Sequence record: NC_014636.1
DNA: 64,000 nt
Direction: 5' to 3' (one strand)
Positions 11,169 to 21,085 of this stretch are shown here, one piece after another. The first letter of the stretch is position 1. Every line of letters begins with the position of its first letter. The translations under genes and the position numbers were made by a program. The notes under the pieces are model-generated. The model searched no databases. It saw nothing but the letters and a program-made list of their open reading frames with translations, and had not been told where the DNA came from.

Positions 11169-13208
11169 ATGACATTACTTTCTCCGGGTGTAGAGACCAA
11201 AGAGATTAATTTGCAGACCACTATTGCAAGATCTTCTACCGGACGCGCTGCGTTGGTAGGTAAGTTCAACTGGGGTCCTGCTTATCAAATTCTCCAAACA
11301 GTCTCAGAAGTTGATCTAGTAGATAAATTTGGTCGCCCCGACGATCAAACCGCTGATAGTTTCTTTAGCGGGGTCAACTTCCTGAATTACGGAAACGATC
11401 TGCGTATCGTCCGTATTCTAAACGAAACAAGTAGCCGCAACTCTTCACCACTGTTCGGCACACTGAGTTATAATATCACCTCTCCTGGTGTTGATTATAA
11501 AGTCGGTGACGTTGTAAACGTACTGCAAGGCGGTGCTGTTGTTGCGACTGGTAAAGTTACCGTTGTAAGTGCATCTGGTGGTATCGTTGCATTCTATGTT
11601 CCGACTGCTGCTATTATCGAGAAGGCTAAAACCCTGAACGATTATCCTGCACTAGACAATGCATGGCAAATTCAATTTGCTGCCGGTGGTCCTGGGTCTG
11701 GTCAAGCCGCAACTGCAACCGTTGTTGGTATTAACGAAGACTCTAACATTTTCGTTCCAAATGACGAATATGCATTCTCTGCACTCTCTGAACGTAGCGA
11801 AACCAAACGTACTTTCATTGATGTATGTGAAGAACAAAAGATCCCTGCTATTGCCGCTCGTTATGCTGGTAAATTTGGTGATAATCTGAAAGTTGCAATC
11901 ATCGCTTATAAAGATTATTACAAGTTCAACGAAGCTAAACAAAATATCGGCGTGAACACTCTTAACCCAATTGTTTATCCAAGTGGTCTGAGCTATGGCA
12001 ATATTACTCCGAGTTCATTCTTGGAATTTGGCCCGCAGAACGAAAATCAATTCGCTTTCATCGTGTTTAATGACGGTGTTGCTGTTGAATCTCGTGTTCT
12101 GAGTACCAAGCCAGGTGATCGCGACATTTATGGTTCTAGCATTCATGTAAATGAGTATTTCGGCAACGGATATAGCTCATTTGTTCAGGGTATTGCTGAA
12201 AGCTGGCCTGTTGGATTTACCGGTGTTCTTGCTTTCGGTGGTGGTACTTCTTCTAATCAGGCTATTACTGCTGGCGAATGGATGAAGGGTTGGGATATGT
12301 TTGCTGACCGCGAACACACCGATGTTAACTTGCTGATTGCTGGATCAGTCGCTGGTGAAGGTGCCAAAGTTGCTTCTACTGTTCAAAAAGCAGTTGTTGC
12401 TATTGCCGACGAACGCCGTGATTGTCTGGTACTGATTTCTCCTCCTCGCGAATATATGATCAACCAACCGGTTGCCACTGTTGTTCGTAAGATGGTAGAT
12501 TGGCGTCGTGGTGTTACTCAAGCTGGTGTAGCTCTGGACGATAATATGAATGTAGGTACTACTTATTCATCTATTGACGGAAACTACAAATATCAATATG
12601 ACAAATATAACGATGTAAATCGTTGGGTTCCGTTGTCTGCTGATATTGCTGGTCTGTGTGCTCGTACCGATACAGTTGGTCAGCCATGGCAATCTCCTGC
12701 TGGTTTCAACCGCGGTCAGATCATGAACGTTATCAAGCTGGCAATTGACACCCGTCAAGCGCACCGCGATGAAATGTATCAGAACGGTATTAACCCAGTT
12801 GTCGGATTCGCTGGTCAGGGCTATATTCTGTATGGCGATAAGACTGCAAGCCAAGCGCCGACTCCGTTCGACCGTATTAACGTTCGTCGTCTGTTTAACT
12901 TGCTGAAAAAATCAATCAGCGAAAGCGCAAAATATAAACTGTTCGAACTGAACGACGCATTTACCCGTGCAAGTTTCCGTTCCGAAGTTAGTGCTTATTT
13001 GGACACCATTCGTTCACTTGGTGGTATCTATGATTTCCGCGTTGTGTGTGACGAATCTAATAACACTGCGTCGGTGATTGACCGCAACGAGTTTGTGGCA
13101 ACTATTCTGATCAAGCCGGCACGTTCAATCAATTACATTACTCTGAACTTTGTGGCAACTGGCACTGGTGCAGACTTTGACGAATTGGTTGGAAGCTTCC
13201 AACAGTAA
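11169..13208 (+). CDS. 18: Tail sheath protein gp18
   Basis: MTLLSPGVETKE, GKFNWGP, RINVRRLF motifs. Confidence 0.97.
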   Translation: MTLLSPGVETKEINLQTTIARSSTGRAALVGKFNWGPAYQILQTVSEVDLVDKFGRPDDQTADSFFSGVNFLNYGNDLRIVRILNETSSRNSSPLFGTLSYNITSPGVDYKVGDVVNVLQGGAVVATGKVTVVSASGGIVAFYVPTAAIIEKAKTLNDYPALDNAWQIQFAAGGPGSGQAATATVVGINEDSNIFVPNDEYAFSALSERSETKRTFIDVCEEQKIPAIAARYAGKFGDNLKVAIIAYKDYYKFNEAKQNIGVNTLNPIVYPSGLSYGNITPSSFLEFGPQNENQFAFIVFNDGVAVESRVLSTKPGDRDIYGSSIHVNEYFGNGYSSFVQGIAESWPVGFTGVLAFGGGTSSNQAITAGEWMKGWDMFADREHTDVNLLIAGSVAGEGAKVASTVQKAVVAIADERRDCLVLISPPREYMINQPVATVVRKMVDWRRGVTQAGVALDDNMNVGTTYSSIDGNYKYQYDKYNDVNRWVPLSADIAGLCARTDTVGQPWQSPAGFNRGQIMNVIKLAIDTRQAHRDEMYQNGINPVVGFAGQGYILYGDKTASQAPTPFDRINVRRLFNLLKKSISESAKYKLFELNDAFTRASFRSEVSAYLDTIRSLGGIYDFRVVCDESNNTASVIDRNEFVATILIKPARSINYITLNFVATGTGADFDELVGSFQQ

Positions 13209-13214
13209 TTCACC

Positions 13215-13242
13215 GAGGGGCGGTAAAACGCCCCTCTAAATA
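13215..13242 (+). promoter_or_regulatory. Hairpin (GAGGGGCG/CGCCCCTC) fused to late promoter CTAAATA upstream of gp19
   Basis: 8-bp stem 13215-13236; CTAAATA at 13236-13242. Confidence 0.7.
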
Positions 13243-13259
13243 ACAAATAAGAGGACGAT

Positions 13260-13748
13260 ATGGAATTAACAGATATTACCAAAGCTTATTCCAACGGGGA
13301 CTTCGCTCGTCCGAACTTATTTGAAGTTGAAATTCCTTTCATGGGCAAAGACTTCAAATTTAAGTGTAAAGGTGCTTCAATGCCTCCTGGTGTTGTTGAG
13401 CCGGTTCCTGTTAGCTATCAGAATAAGAAAATGAAACTTGCTGGGGATCGTACTTTCGAAGACTGGACAATTACTGTCTATAACGACGAGGCACATAATA
13501 CCCGTCAGCAATTTATTGAATGGCAAAACTTGGCACAGGCCCTGGATAGAAATATTCTGGGTGAAGCTCCTGCTTCATATAAGAAAGAGGCTACAGTTCG
13601 TCAATTGGATCGTAAGGGCAAATCAACTCGCCAATATACTGCATACGGTGTATGGCCGACTAACATCGCAGAAGTTGCATTGTCTTGGGATCAGAACAAC
13701 GAAGTAGAAACTTTCGAAGTTACCTTGTCTCTGGACTGGTGGCAATAA
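13260..13748 (+). CDS. 19: Tail tube protein gp19
   Basis: GDFARPNLFEVEIP, AGDRTFEDWTITVYND motifs. Confidence 0.97.
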   Translation: MELTDITKAYSNGDFARPNLFEVEIPFMGKDFKFKCKGASMPPGVVEPVPVSYQNKKMKLAGDRTFEDWTITVYNDEAHNTRQQFIEWQNLAQALDRNILGEAPASYKKEATVRQLDRKGKSTRQYTAYGVWPTNIAEVALSWDQNNEVETFEVTLSLDWWQ

Positions 13749-13823
13749 TACGAATGGGCGTTAATCGCCCGTTCATTAATGTCTCTTTCCAAGACGTCTA
13801 AATACAGTCAGAAGGAGACATTA

Positions 13824-15389
13824 ATGAACCAATTTTTACTAAAGCTTTTGCAGCCGTGGGCTAAATCAGACGAAAAGAAAGTCGAGATCGACATTAGCGA
13901 CCGCATCGACTCCTTCGCTGTGCCCGATAATGCGGATGGTGCAATCGAAGTTGACAAGCTGATTGATACAACTGCTCCTAAAACGGCAGTAATTCAGTCG
14001 GTAATCGGATATGTTCCGAAAATTCAAAACACAAAAGACCTTATCAATCAGTATCGTAGTCTGTCTAAATATCACGAAGTTGATAACGCAATTGACGAGA
14101 TTATTAATGATGCGATTGTTCAGGAAGATAATCGTGATACCGTATATCTCGATCTAGATAAATCTAAATGGTCTGAAAGCGTAAAAGAAATGGTGCGCGA
14201 GGAATTCAGAGAGATTTTAAATCTTCTGAAATTTGAGCGAGAAGGAAAACGCCACTTCCGTCGCTGGTATGTCGATAGTCGAATTTATTTCCACAAGATG
14301 ATTGACCCGGAGCGTCCTAAAGAAGGGATTAAAGAACTGCGTTTGCTTGATCCAAGAAACGTGGAATATTACCGTGTTAATCTGAAATCGAATGAAGCTG
14401 GCACATCTGTTTATAAGGGAGTGAAGGAATACTTCACGTATGCAGCACAGGATGATAACCGATATGCGATTGGTAATAACTCCAACTCTCATGTAAATAT
14501 ACCAGTTAATGCCATTGTTTATGCTCATAGCGGCAAAGTAGATATTGACGGTAAGACCATTGTTGGTTATCTGCATAATGTAATCAAACCAGCTAACCAG
14601 CTTAAAATGCTTGAGGATGCGATGGTGATCTATAGAATCACTCGCGCTCCTGAGCGTCGTGTTTTCTATATCGACGTCGGTACAATGCCGAATAAGAAGG
14701 CTACGCAACATCTAAATAACGTTATGCAGGGACTAAAGAATCGCGTTGTTTATGACAGTGCAACAGGCAAAGTCAAAAACAGCTCCAATAATCTGGCCAT
14801 GACGGAAGATTACTGGTTGATGCGAAGAGACGGTAAAGCAACTACCGAAGTCTCCACGCTTCCTGGAGCGCAATCCATGGGAGAAATGGATGATGTTCGT
14901 TGGTTTAACCGTAAGCTTTACGAATCGATGAAGATTCCGCTTAGTCGTTTGCCACAAGAAGGAGCTGGTGTTACATTCGGTGCTGGTAGCGATATCACTC
15001 GCGATGAATTGCAGTTCACTAAATTTATTCGTGGACTACAGCAACAGTTCGAGCCTATTTTCTTAAATCCGCTCAAGACAAACCTTATTTTAAAGGGTAA
15101 AATGAGCGAGGCTGAATGGGATTCCGAAGTAGAAAATATTAAAGTTGTTTTTGCTAAAGATTCCTATTATGAAGAGATTAAAGACGTTGAAATTCTGGAG
15201 CGTCGTGTTAACCTAGTTCAAACCTTATCTTCGGCAGAAGTAACAGGTAAATATCTGAGTCATGAATACGTCATGAAAAACATTCTGCGTATGAGTGATG
15301 AAGATATTAAGAGCGAACGTGAGAAGATCGACGAAGAAAAGTCAGATTCTAATTACAAAAATCCAGATGACCCAATGGAGGAATTTTGA
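13824..15389 (+). CDS. 20: Portal protein gp20 (likely start MNQFLL at 13824)
   Basis: YRITRAPERRVFYIDVG, MTEDYWLMRRDG motifs; RBS GAAGGAG; CTAAATA at 13798. Confidence 0.97.
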   Translation: MNQFLLKLLQPWAKSDEKKVEIDISDRIDSFAVPDNADGAIEVDKLIDTTAPKTAVIQSVIGYVPKIQNTKDLINQYRSLSKYHEVDNAIDEIINDAIVQEDNRDTVYLDLDKSKWSESVKEMVREEFREILNLLKFEREGKRHFRRWYVDSRIYFHKMIDPERPKEGIKELRLLDPRNVEYYRVNLKSNEAGTSVYKGVKEYFTYAAQDDNRYAIGNNSNSHVNIPVNAIVYAHSGKVDIDGKTIVGYLHNVIKPANQLKMLEDAMVIYRITRAPERRVFYIDVGTMPNKKATQHLNNVMQGLKNRVVYDSATGKVKNSSNNLAMTEDYWLMRRDGKATTEVSTLPGAQSMGEMDDVRWFNRKLYESMKIPLSRLPQEGAGVTFGAGSDITRDELQFTKFIRGLQQQFEPIFLNPLKTNLILKGKMSEAEWDSEVENIKVVFAKDSYYEEIKDVEILERRVNLVQTLSSAEVTGKYLSHEYVMKNILRMSDEDIKSEREKIDEEKSDSNYKNPDDPMEEF

Positions 15390-15553
15390 TGGATGAATTT
15401 ATGAAAGCGGTACAAGACGGAGATTTCGTCGGTGCCAAAGCTGCGTTTAACAGCGAAATGACGGCAAGAACTGCGTTTGCGGTACAGCGCCGTCGTGAAG
15501 AAATCGCGATGTCCACTGCTCCGATGTCCGATTATACATGTGACGATGAATAA
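15389..15553 (+). CDS. 67: Prohead core protein gp67 (54 aa, below ORF-track cut-off)
   Basis: MDEFMKAVQDGDFVGAKAAFNSEMTARTA resembles T4 gp67 N-terminus; TGATG overlap with gp20 stop. Confidence 0.8.
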   Translation: MDEFMKAVQDGDFVGAKAAFNSEMTARTAFAVQRRREEIAMSTAPMSDYTCDDE

Positions 15554-15599
15554 TAATAGCGGGAATAACTCCCGCTAAATAAACTAAGAAGGTGACCAA

Positions 15600-16076
15600 A
15601 TGTCAAAAGAAATTGTACTGGCAAAATGGAAAGCTTCCGCACATAATCGCATTATCGAATCGGAAGAAGAATTGGAAATTCTGAAAGACCTGATCGCCGA
15701 GCGAAAGCTAATTGTAGGTGACAGACTGGAAGAAATGAAAACTTCTCTCGGAGATGTTGTTGACACCGTGCTGGAAAACATGCTAAATACAGATGAAGCA
15801 ATTGATGCACTCGCTATGCTGTCTTTGCAAGAGAAGGAAGAAGACCTTCAGGAAGTTATCGTTAAGCGCGTTGATGCACTTGGCGTTGTTACTCGAATTA
15901 AAGACCGCAAAACCCGTGAGCGTCAAGCTACACAAACAACCGGACTATCTAAAGCCGCTCGTCGTCAAATTGCCCGTAAAGCAGCGAAGACTAAACGCTC
16001 TCACCCGAATATTACTCGGAAAGCAATTCGCAAGCGTAAAAAGGCAATGAAAAAACGCGATCAGATGGGACTCTAA
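15600..16076 (+). CDS. 68: Prohead core protein gp68
   Basis: EVIVKRVDALG..R..RQATQTTGLSKAARRQIARKAAKTKR; basic C-terminus. Confidence 0.92.
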   Translation: MSKEIVLAKWKASAHNRIIESEEELEILKDLIAERKLIVGDRLEEMKTSLGDVVDTVLENMLNTDEAIDALAMLSLQEKEEDLQEVIVKRVDALGVVTRIKDRKTRERQATQTTGLSKAARRQIARKAAKTKRSHPNITRKAIRKRKKAMKKRDQMGL

Positions 16077-16078
16077 AT

Positions 16079-16699
16079 ATGTCTGTAGAATTGCTTGTTG
16101 AAGACTGGGGACAACCCGGTCAGCCCGGCGACGTTGGAGTCGTCGTTGAATCAATTGAAAGCGACGGTAAGCTATACATCGAGGGAACATTCATGCAATC
16201 CGAAGTCGTTAACGGCAACGGTAGAATGTATCCTAGAAAAGTCTTGGCAGAAGCTGTCGCTAAATACATTAAAGAGCAAGTGAATACACGACAAGCACTC
16301 GGAGAACTCAACCACCCGCCCCGTGCGAACGTTGACCCGCTACATGCAGCTATCATCATTGAGAAGCTGGAAATGCGTGGAAATGACGTCTGGGGACGTG
16401 CCAGAATCATCGAAGGCGATTATGCTGAGGGTGATAAAACGGCTGCACTGATTCGTGCTGGATGGATTCCTGGTGTTAGTTCGCGTGGCCTAGGCGCTGT
16501 CAAGCGTAATAGCTACGGTATTAACGAAGTTCAAGAAGGTTTCAAATTGACCGTTGGTGTTGATGTTGTGTGGGGCCCAAGCGCGCCAAACGCATACGTT
16601 AAGCCGGTGGTAGAATCTACTACGGTAGAACCTGTCAAGAAAGCAAATCAAAACTCTGCATTTCTTGCATTGGCGGAAGCGCTGGAAAACCTTAACTAA
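16079..16699 (+). CDS. 21: Prohead protease gp21
   Basis: LYIEGTFMQSEVVNGNGRMYP, ALGELNHP, GVSSRGLG motifs. Confidence 0.97.
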   Translation: MSVELLVEDWGQPGQPGDVGVVVESIESDGKLYIEGTFMQSEVVNGNGRMYPRKVLAEAVAKYIKEQVNTRQALGELNHPPRANVDPLHAAIIIEKLEMRGNDVWGRARIIEGDYAEGDKTAALIRAGWIPGVSSRGLGAVKRNSYGINEVQEGFKLTVGVDVVWGPSAPNAYVKPVVESTTVEPVKKANQNSAFLALAEALENLN

Positions 16700-16732
16700 A
16701 TATATGTATAATCCACACACCGAGGAATAAAA

Positions 16733-17524
16733 ATGCTTAAAGATCAATTGCTTGCAGAAGCAAAAAACATTACCCTTGGCGTAGAACTGGACGGCATTTT
16801 CGAGTCCGTTGAACTGGCACCAGAAGTTAAGACCAAGTTCAGCGCGGTATTCGAATCCGTAGTCAAGCAACACGCCGCTAACCTGGCTGAATCTCACATC
16901 GCTCAAATCGCTGAGGAAGCTGATCGCCTGGTTGAAGAAAAGTCTACTGAGAAAGTAGCACAACTGTCTGAGCAAGTCAATAAATATTTCGAACATCTGG
17001 TAGAAACTTGGATGGAAGAAAACAAACTTGCTGTTGATAACGGTATCAAAGTTCAGATGTTCGAATCTCTGCTGGGTTCCATGAAAGCTGTATTCGTTGA
17101 ACACAATGTTTCTGTACCGGAAGAGTCTGTTAACGTTGTTGCTGAAATGGAAGAAGAACTTCGCGAAGCTCGTACCGAACTGAACGTAGCACTGGACAAA
17201 GTTTCTGAACTGAAAGAAAGCATGATCGCTGAAAAACGCGAGCGCATTGTTGCAGAAGCTACCAAAGACCTTACTGAAATTCAGAAGGAAAAAGTAATCT
17301 CCCTGTCCGAGGGAATCGCATTCGGCGATACCTTTAGCGACAAGCTGACTGCCATTGTAGAGATGGTAAGCGCGGTTAAACCGCAAGAGGCACCTGTTCA
17401 GATCCAAGAAAATCTGAATTTTGTTGAGCCGGAACAAACTCAAGAGCCTATCGTAGAAAACAAAGAAACTACCGTTAAGCCCTCGATTGATCCGTCCGTC
17501 GCTGGTTACCTCAATTTTATCTGA
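16733..17524 (+). CDS. 22: Prohead core scaffold gp22
   Basis: Acidic coiled-coil; FVEHNVSVPEESVNVVAEMEEEL; synteny. Confidence 0.93.
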   Translation: MLKDQLLAEAKNITLGVELDGIFESVELAPEVKTKFSAVFESVVKQHAANLAESHIAQIAEEADRLVEEKSTEKVAQLSEQVNKYFEHLVETWMEENKLAVDNGIKVQMFESLLGSMKAVFVEHNVSVPEESVNVVAEMEEELREARTELNVALDKVSELKESMIAEKRERIVAEATKDLTEIQKEKVISLSEGIAFGDTFSDKLTAIVEMVSAVKPQEAPVQIQENLNFVEPEQTQEPIVENKETTVKPSIDPSVAGYLNFI

Positions 17525-17590
17525 TACTAAATAATATCAGATGATGATTTGATTATCTAACTAATTTTTTCTTAATAAGGAATCTAAAGA

Positions 17591-19195
17591 ATGTCTAAGA
17601 AATCTCTCCTGAAAAAATGGCAGCCGCTGGTCGAGAACGAAGGTATGCCTGCAATTGCTTCTATGAAGCGTAAGGATATCGTTGCTCGTATTTTCGAATC
17701 TCAAGACGAAGATATTTCCCACAACGAAGGCGGTGTGTATACCGACCAAGTAGTTGTTAACTCTATGATCGACGTTAAGGGTCGTCTGGAAGAAGCTCGT
17801 CTGGCAGAAGCAAACATTGGCGGTGACCACGGTTACGATGCTACCAAAATCGCTTCTGGCGAAACCTCCGGTCAAGTGACTAACGTTGGTCCGGCTGTTA
17901 TGGGTCTGGTACGTCGTGTTATTCCGCAACTGATTGCGTTTGACATCTGCGGTGTTCAACCGATGACTTCTTCTACCGGCCAAGTGTTCACTCTGCGCGC
18001 CATCTACGGTGGTAACGCTCTGGACGCCAACGCTCGCGAAGCTTTCCACCCGGCTTTCGGTCCTGACGCTGATTTCTCCGGTCGTGGTGCTCAATTCGAT
18101 ATCGCTGAATTTGCTCGTGGTACTGCTATTGCTACCGGCGCATTCGCTAAACTGCACATCGAAGCTTCTACCGGTGTTCAAGCTGGTACCAAAACTGTTC
18201 AGTTCATCAAAGACTATGCTATCGACGCTCTGCCTGCTGATCAAGTAGAAGCTGGTCTGGCTTACAAGTGGCTGCTGGCTAACGGTTACGCTGTAGAAAC
18301 TAGCTCCGCAATGGCTACCGCTTTTGCTGAACTGCAACAAGGTTTCAACGGTTCTACCGATAACGAATGGAACGAAATGTCATTCCGTATTGACAAACAA
18401 GTTGTTGAAGCTAAATCTCGTCAACTGAAAGCTCAATACTCTATCGAAATGGCACAAGATCTTCGCGCTGTTCACGGTTTGGACGCTGATAGCGAACTGT
18501 CTAGCATTCTGGCTAACGAACTGATGCACGAAATCAACCGCGAAATGGTACTGTGGATCAACGCTACCGCTAAAGTTGGTAAAGTTGGTTGGACTAACAT
18601 GCACGGCGGTAAAGCTGGTGTGTTCGACTTCCAAGACACCAAAGACATCCGTGGTGCTCGTTGGGCTGGTGAAAGCTACAAGGCTCTGGTAGTTCAGATT
18701 GACAAAGAAGCAAACGAAATCGCTCGTCAAACTGGTCGCGGCCAAGGTAACTTCATCCTGTGCTCTCGTAACGTTGCCGCTGCTCTGGGTCACACCGACA
18801 TGCTGGTAACTCCGGCTGCTCAAGGTGCTAACACCACTATGAACACCGATACCACTTCTAGCCTGTTCGCTGGTGTTCTGGCTGGCAAGTATCGTGTCTA
18901 TATCGACCAATACGCTGTTGAAGATTACTTCACCGTTGGTTACAAGGGTAGCTCTGAAATGGATGCTGGCCTGTACTACTGCCCATACGTTGCGCTGACC
19001 CCGCTGCGCGGCTCTGATCCTAAGAACTTCCAACCAGTTCTGGGCTTCAAGACTCGTTACGGTGTTAAACTGCACCCGATGGCTGACTCTATGCAGAACA
19101 AAGGCTTTGCTAAGATCAGCAACGGTATGCCGCAACACACCAACATGTTCGGTAAGAACGCATTCTTCCGTCGTGTTCTGGTTGCTGGTGTATAA
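17591..19195 (+). CDS. 23: Major capsid protein gp23
   Basis: GVQPMTSSTGQVFTLR, EAKSRQLKAQYSIEMAQDLRAVHG, FQPVLGFKTRYG; strong codon bias. Confidence 0.99.
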   Translation: MSKKSLLKKWQPLVENEGMPAIASMKRKDIVARIFESQDEDISHNEGGVYTDQVVVNSMIDVKGRLEEARLAEANIGGDHGYDATKIASGETSGQVTNVGPAVMGLVRRVIPQLIAFDICGVQPMTSSTGQVFTLRAIYGGNALDANAREAFHPAFGPDADFSGRGAQFDIAEFARGTAIATGAFAKLHIEASTGVQAGTKTVQFIKDYAIDALPADQVEAGLAYKWLLANGYAVETSSAMATAFAELQQGFNGSTDNEWNEMSFRIDKQVVEAKSRQLKAQYSIEMAQDLRAVHGLDADSELSSILANELMHEINREMVLWINATAKVGKVGWTNMHGGKAGVFDFQDTKDIRGARWAGESYKALVVQIDKEANEIARQTGRGQGNFILCSRNVAAALGHTDMLVTPAAQGANTTMNTDTTSSLFAGVLAGKYRVYIDQYAVEDYFTVGYKGSSEMDAGLYYCPYVALTPLRGSDPKNFQPVLGFKTRYGVKLHPMADSMQNKGFAKISNGMPQHTNMFGKNAFFRRVLVAGV

Positions 19196-19213
19196 TCACT
19201 AATCTAGCACACA

Positions 19214-19243
19214 AAAAGGGAGGGCGCAAGCTCTCCCTTTTTC
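19214..19243 (+). terminator. Rho-independent terminator after gp23
   Basis: AAAAAGGGAGGGC-GCAA-GCTCTCCCTTTTT. Confidence 0.85.
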
Positions 19244-19277
19244 GTAATAAATACAGTGAGAACTATAGGGAGCTAAA

Positions 19278-20456
19278 ATGCTAAAAGACTTAATCGCGGA
19301 GTCTAGCGGATCATCTGGTATCGACGCTGGACGCCCTTCACTGGTAGCACTTACCAGAAAAACACAAGATTTGATTTACAAAGACTTAGTATGTGTTCAG
19401 CCGACTAAACATCCCATGGCTACCGTTTACGGTATGCGTTTGGATTACGTTGCGAAAGACGGCTCTGTGTTTGATATTCAACTGGATCACAGAACACATG
19501 GTGGTAAATTTAAAATCGGATACACCGGACTGGCTTCTCCAGCAACAAATAACGTGGTAGGAGATCAGTTCCAATATAATTCATATGCATTCGAAGTAAT
19601 AAAAGCGGGCGATTACGTAACTGGTTACACTACAGAAGAAGATTATCACCGATCTATGCTTCGTGGAGATTTGCGTCTGCTGTCTGATGGTATCGATTAT
19701 GCTACTGAGCAAGACGGACAAGAAATTGTTCCAGAAACTCAATTCGTTTTGAACAGATGGTCTGCGCTAGTTAGATCTCGCAAAATGAAATGCCCAATCA
19801 CCATTGAACTTGTTCAGGATATGGAACGAGATGGATTAAATGCCGATAACACAATCGAGGATTTGTTGGCAACATCAATCGCGACTGAAATCAACTCCGA
19901 TATTATTTCCAAACTAATGTGCGTTAGTACGAAAGAACCGGAACTGAGTCTAGTAAATTATGAAACGACTTATTATCAAGGTCGAGAACTTATTACTAGA
20001 GCTTGCATTATGGCATCCGAGATTGAATGGTATTCCGCATTCGAAGCCACATATTGCCTTGTTAGCTATAAAGTTTATGGTATTATTCTGGCGAGCGGAC
20101 AAGTCGATGAACGCGGATATATCAAAGGCACCAAAATGAAATTGATGATGGATAGTAACGCTATCGTTGATTATATGATGGTAGGAACAAAAGTTGATGG
20201 CGGTGAAAATAGCATGGACAATGCTAGTGGAGTATTCTATTCACCATATCAAGAGGGCGATGAAGCTGGAACTTTCTTGGTAACATCTGAGCCTGGTGCA
20301 TTGCAACCAGTTGTTGGTGTAATTTCTCGTTATGCTCTGAGCTGCTTCCCGGATTACGCTGATGTAGCAAAGAGCGCAAAGCCGTCTGGTGAAGATTGGC
20401 AGAAAGTTGCGAACAAAAGTATTTTCGTTCGTTTGACTCCAGTTGTTGTAGAATAA
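19278..20456 (+). CDS. 24: Capsid vertex protein gp24
   Basis: GRPSLVALTRKTQDLIYKDLV, VRSRKMK, STEINSDII-like and SRYAL motifs. Confidence 0.9.
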   Translation: MLKDLIAESSGSSGIDAGRPSLVALTRKTQDLIYKDLVCVQPTKHPMATVYGMRLDYVAKDGSVFDIQLDHRTHGGKFKIGYTGLASPATNNVVGDQFQYNSYAFEVIKAGDYVTGYTTEEDYHRSMLRGDLRLLSDGIDYATEQDGQEIVPETQFVLNRWSALVRSRKMKCPITIELVQDMERDGLNADNTIEDLLATSIATEINSDIISKLMCVSTKEPELSLVNYETTYYQGRELITRACIMASEIEWYSAFEATYCLVSYKVYGIILASGQVDERGYIKGTKMKLMMDSNAIVDYMMVGTKVDGGENSMDNASGVFYSPYQEGDEAGTFLVTSEPGALQPVVGVISRYALSCFPDYADVAKSAKPSGEDWQKVANKSIFVRLTPVVVE

Positions 20457-20467
20457 GGAAAACAAAA

Positions 20468-20680
20468 ATGTCAACATCAATGTTTAACTCTGATCATATC
20501 TCTACCCTGATCGCGGAACGGATTTTGAATAAGTCCCCTGAGCAGAAGAGACAAGAGCAGCTTGCAGAAGCTAAGGCGCTCAATGAGAGACGTTTGGAAG
20601 ACGGCATCGTCAAGACCCGTGCATTCCTATCAACTCTTAGTGAAGATCAACGCCAACGCTTCCTAAGCAGCATCCGATAA
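20468..20680 (+). CDS. 70-aa helical hypothetical protein co-transcribed with gp24
   Basis: RBS aaggaa; ATG at 20468; followed by terminator. Confidence 0.65.
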   Translation: MSTSMFNSDHISTLIAERILNKSPEQKRQEQLAEAKALNERRLEDGIVKTRAFLSTLSEDQRQRFLSSIR

Positions 20681-20710
20681 AAAAGCCCGTCAATAATGAC
20701 GGGCTTTTTT
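20680..20710. terminator. Bidirectional terminator at late/early boundary
   Basis: AAAAAAGCCCGTCA-ATAA-TGACGGGCTTTTTT. Confidence 0.9.
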
Positions 20711-21048
20711 TACATCAAGGTATTCACGATTGATACAAACATTTCATCTTTGATTTTTTGCTCGAACGGAAGATCTTCGTAGTCAACTAAACAAGGATGA
20801 GTTTTCAGTTTAAAATCTTTGACTTCTCCATATTTCCAGCCGTTTTCTATCTGGACACGTTTCCAACATTCATGAGATTCTGCTGGAGTTCTATCTGGAT
20901 TTGCCATGATTTCTTTTACACCGATTATGCTTGAATTCCTCTGTGCCTCTTCGGCATCTTCCCAATGCTTAATTGAGTTATCGCCAAGCAACAGACAATA
21001 AATCCGATTCATTTCGTGGCATACCCGGGCAATTTGTTCAGCTTTCAT
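20710..21048 (-). CDS. RyR (ryanodine-receptor repeat) domain protein
   Basis: SHECW..QIENGWKYGEVKDFKLKTHPCLVDYEDLPFEQKIKD fits the RyR-domain pattern H..W......GW.YG..KD...KTHP.LVPY..LP...K..D. Confidence 0.85.
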   Translation of the reverse strand: MKAEQIARVCHEMNRIYCLLLGDNSIKHWEDAEEAQRNSSIIGVKEIMANPDRTPAESHECWKRVQIENGWKYGEVKDFKLKTHPCLVDYEDLPFEQKIKDEMFVSIVNTLM

Positions 21049-21085
21049 TTCTAAATTCCTTCTTATAGTTATTACCTACAAGTAT

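Noticed and set aside
16073-16079. CTAAATA at the gp68 stop / gp21 start
   Set aside because: Too close to the gp21 ATG to yield a leadered mRNA; may be coincidental with the TAA stop
16490-19138. Long antisense ORFs (317, 259 and 252 aa) opposite gp22/gp23
   Set aside because: Shadows of strongly biased codon usage in highly expressed genes; no RBS or recognisable motifs
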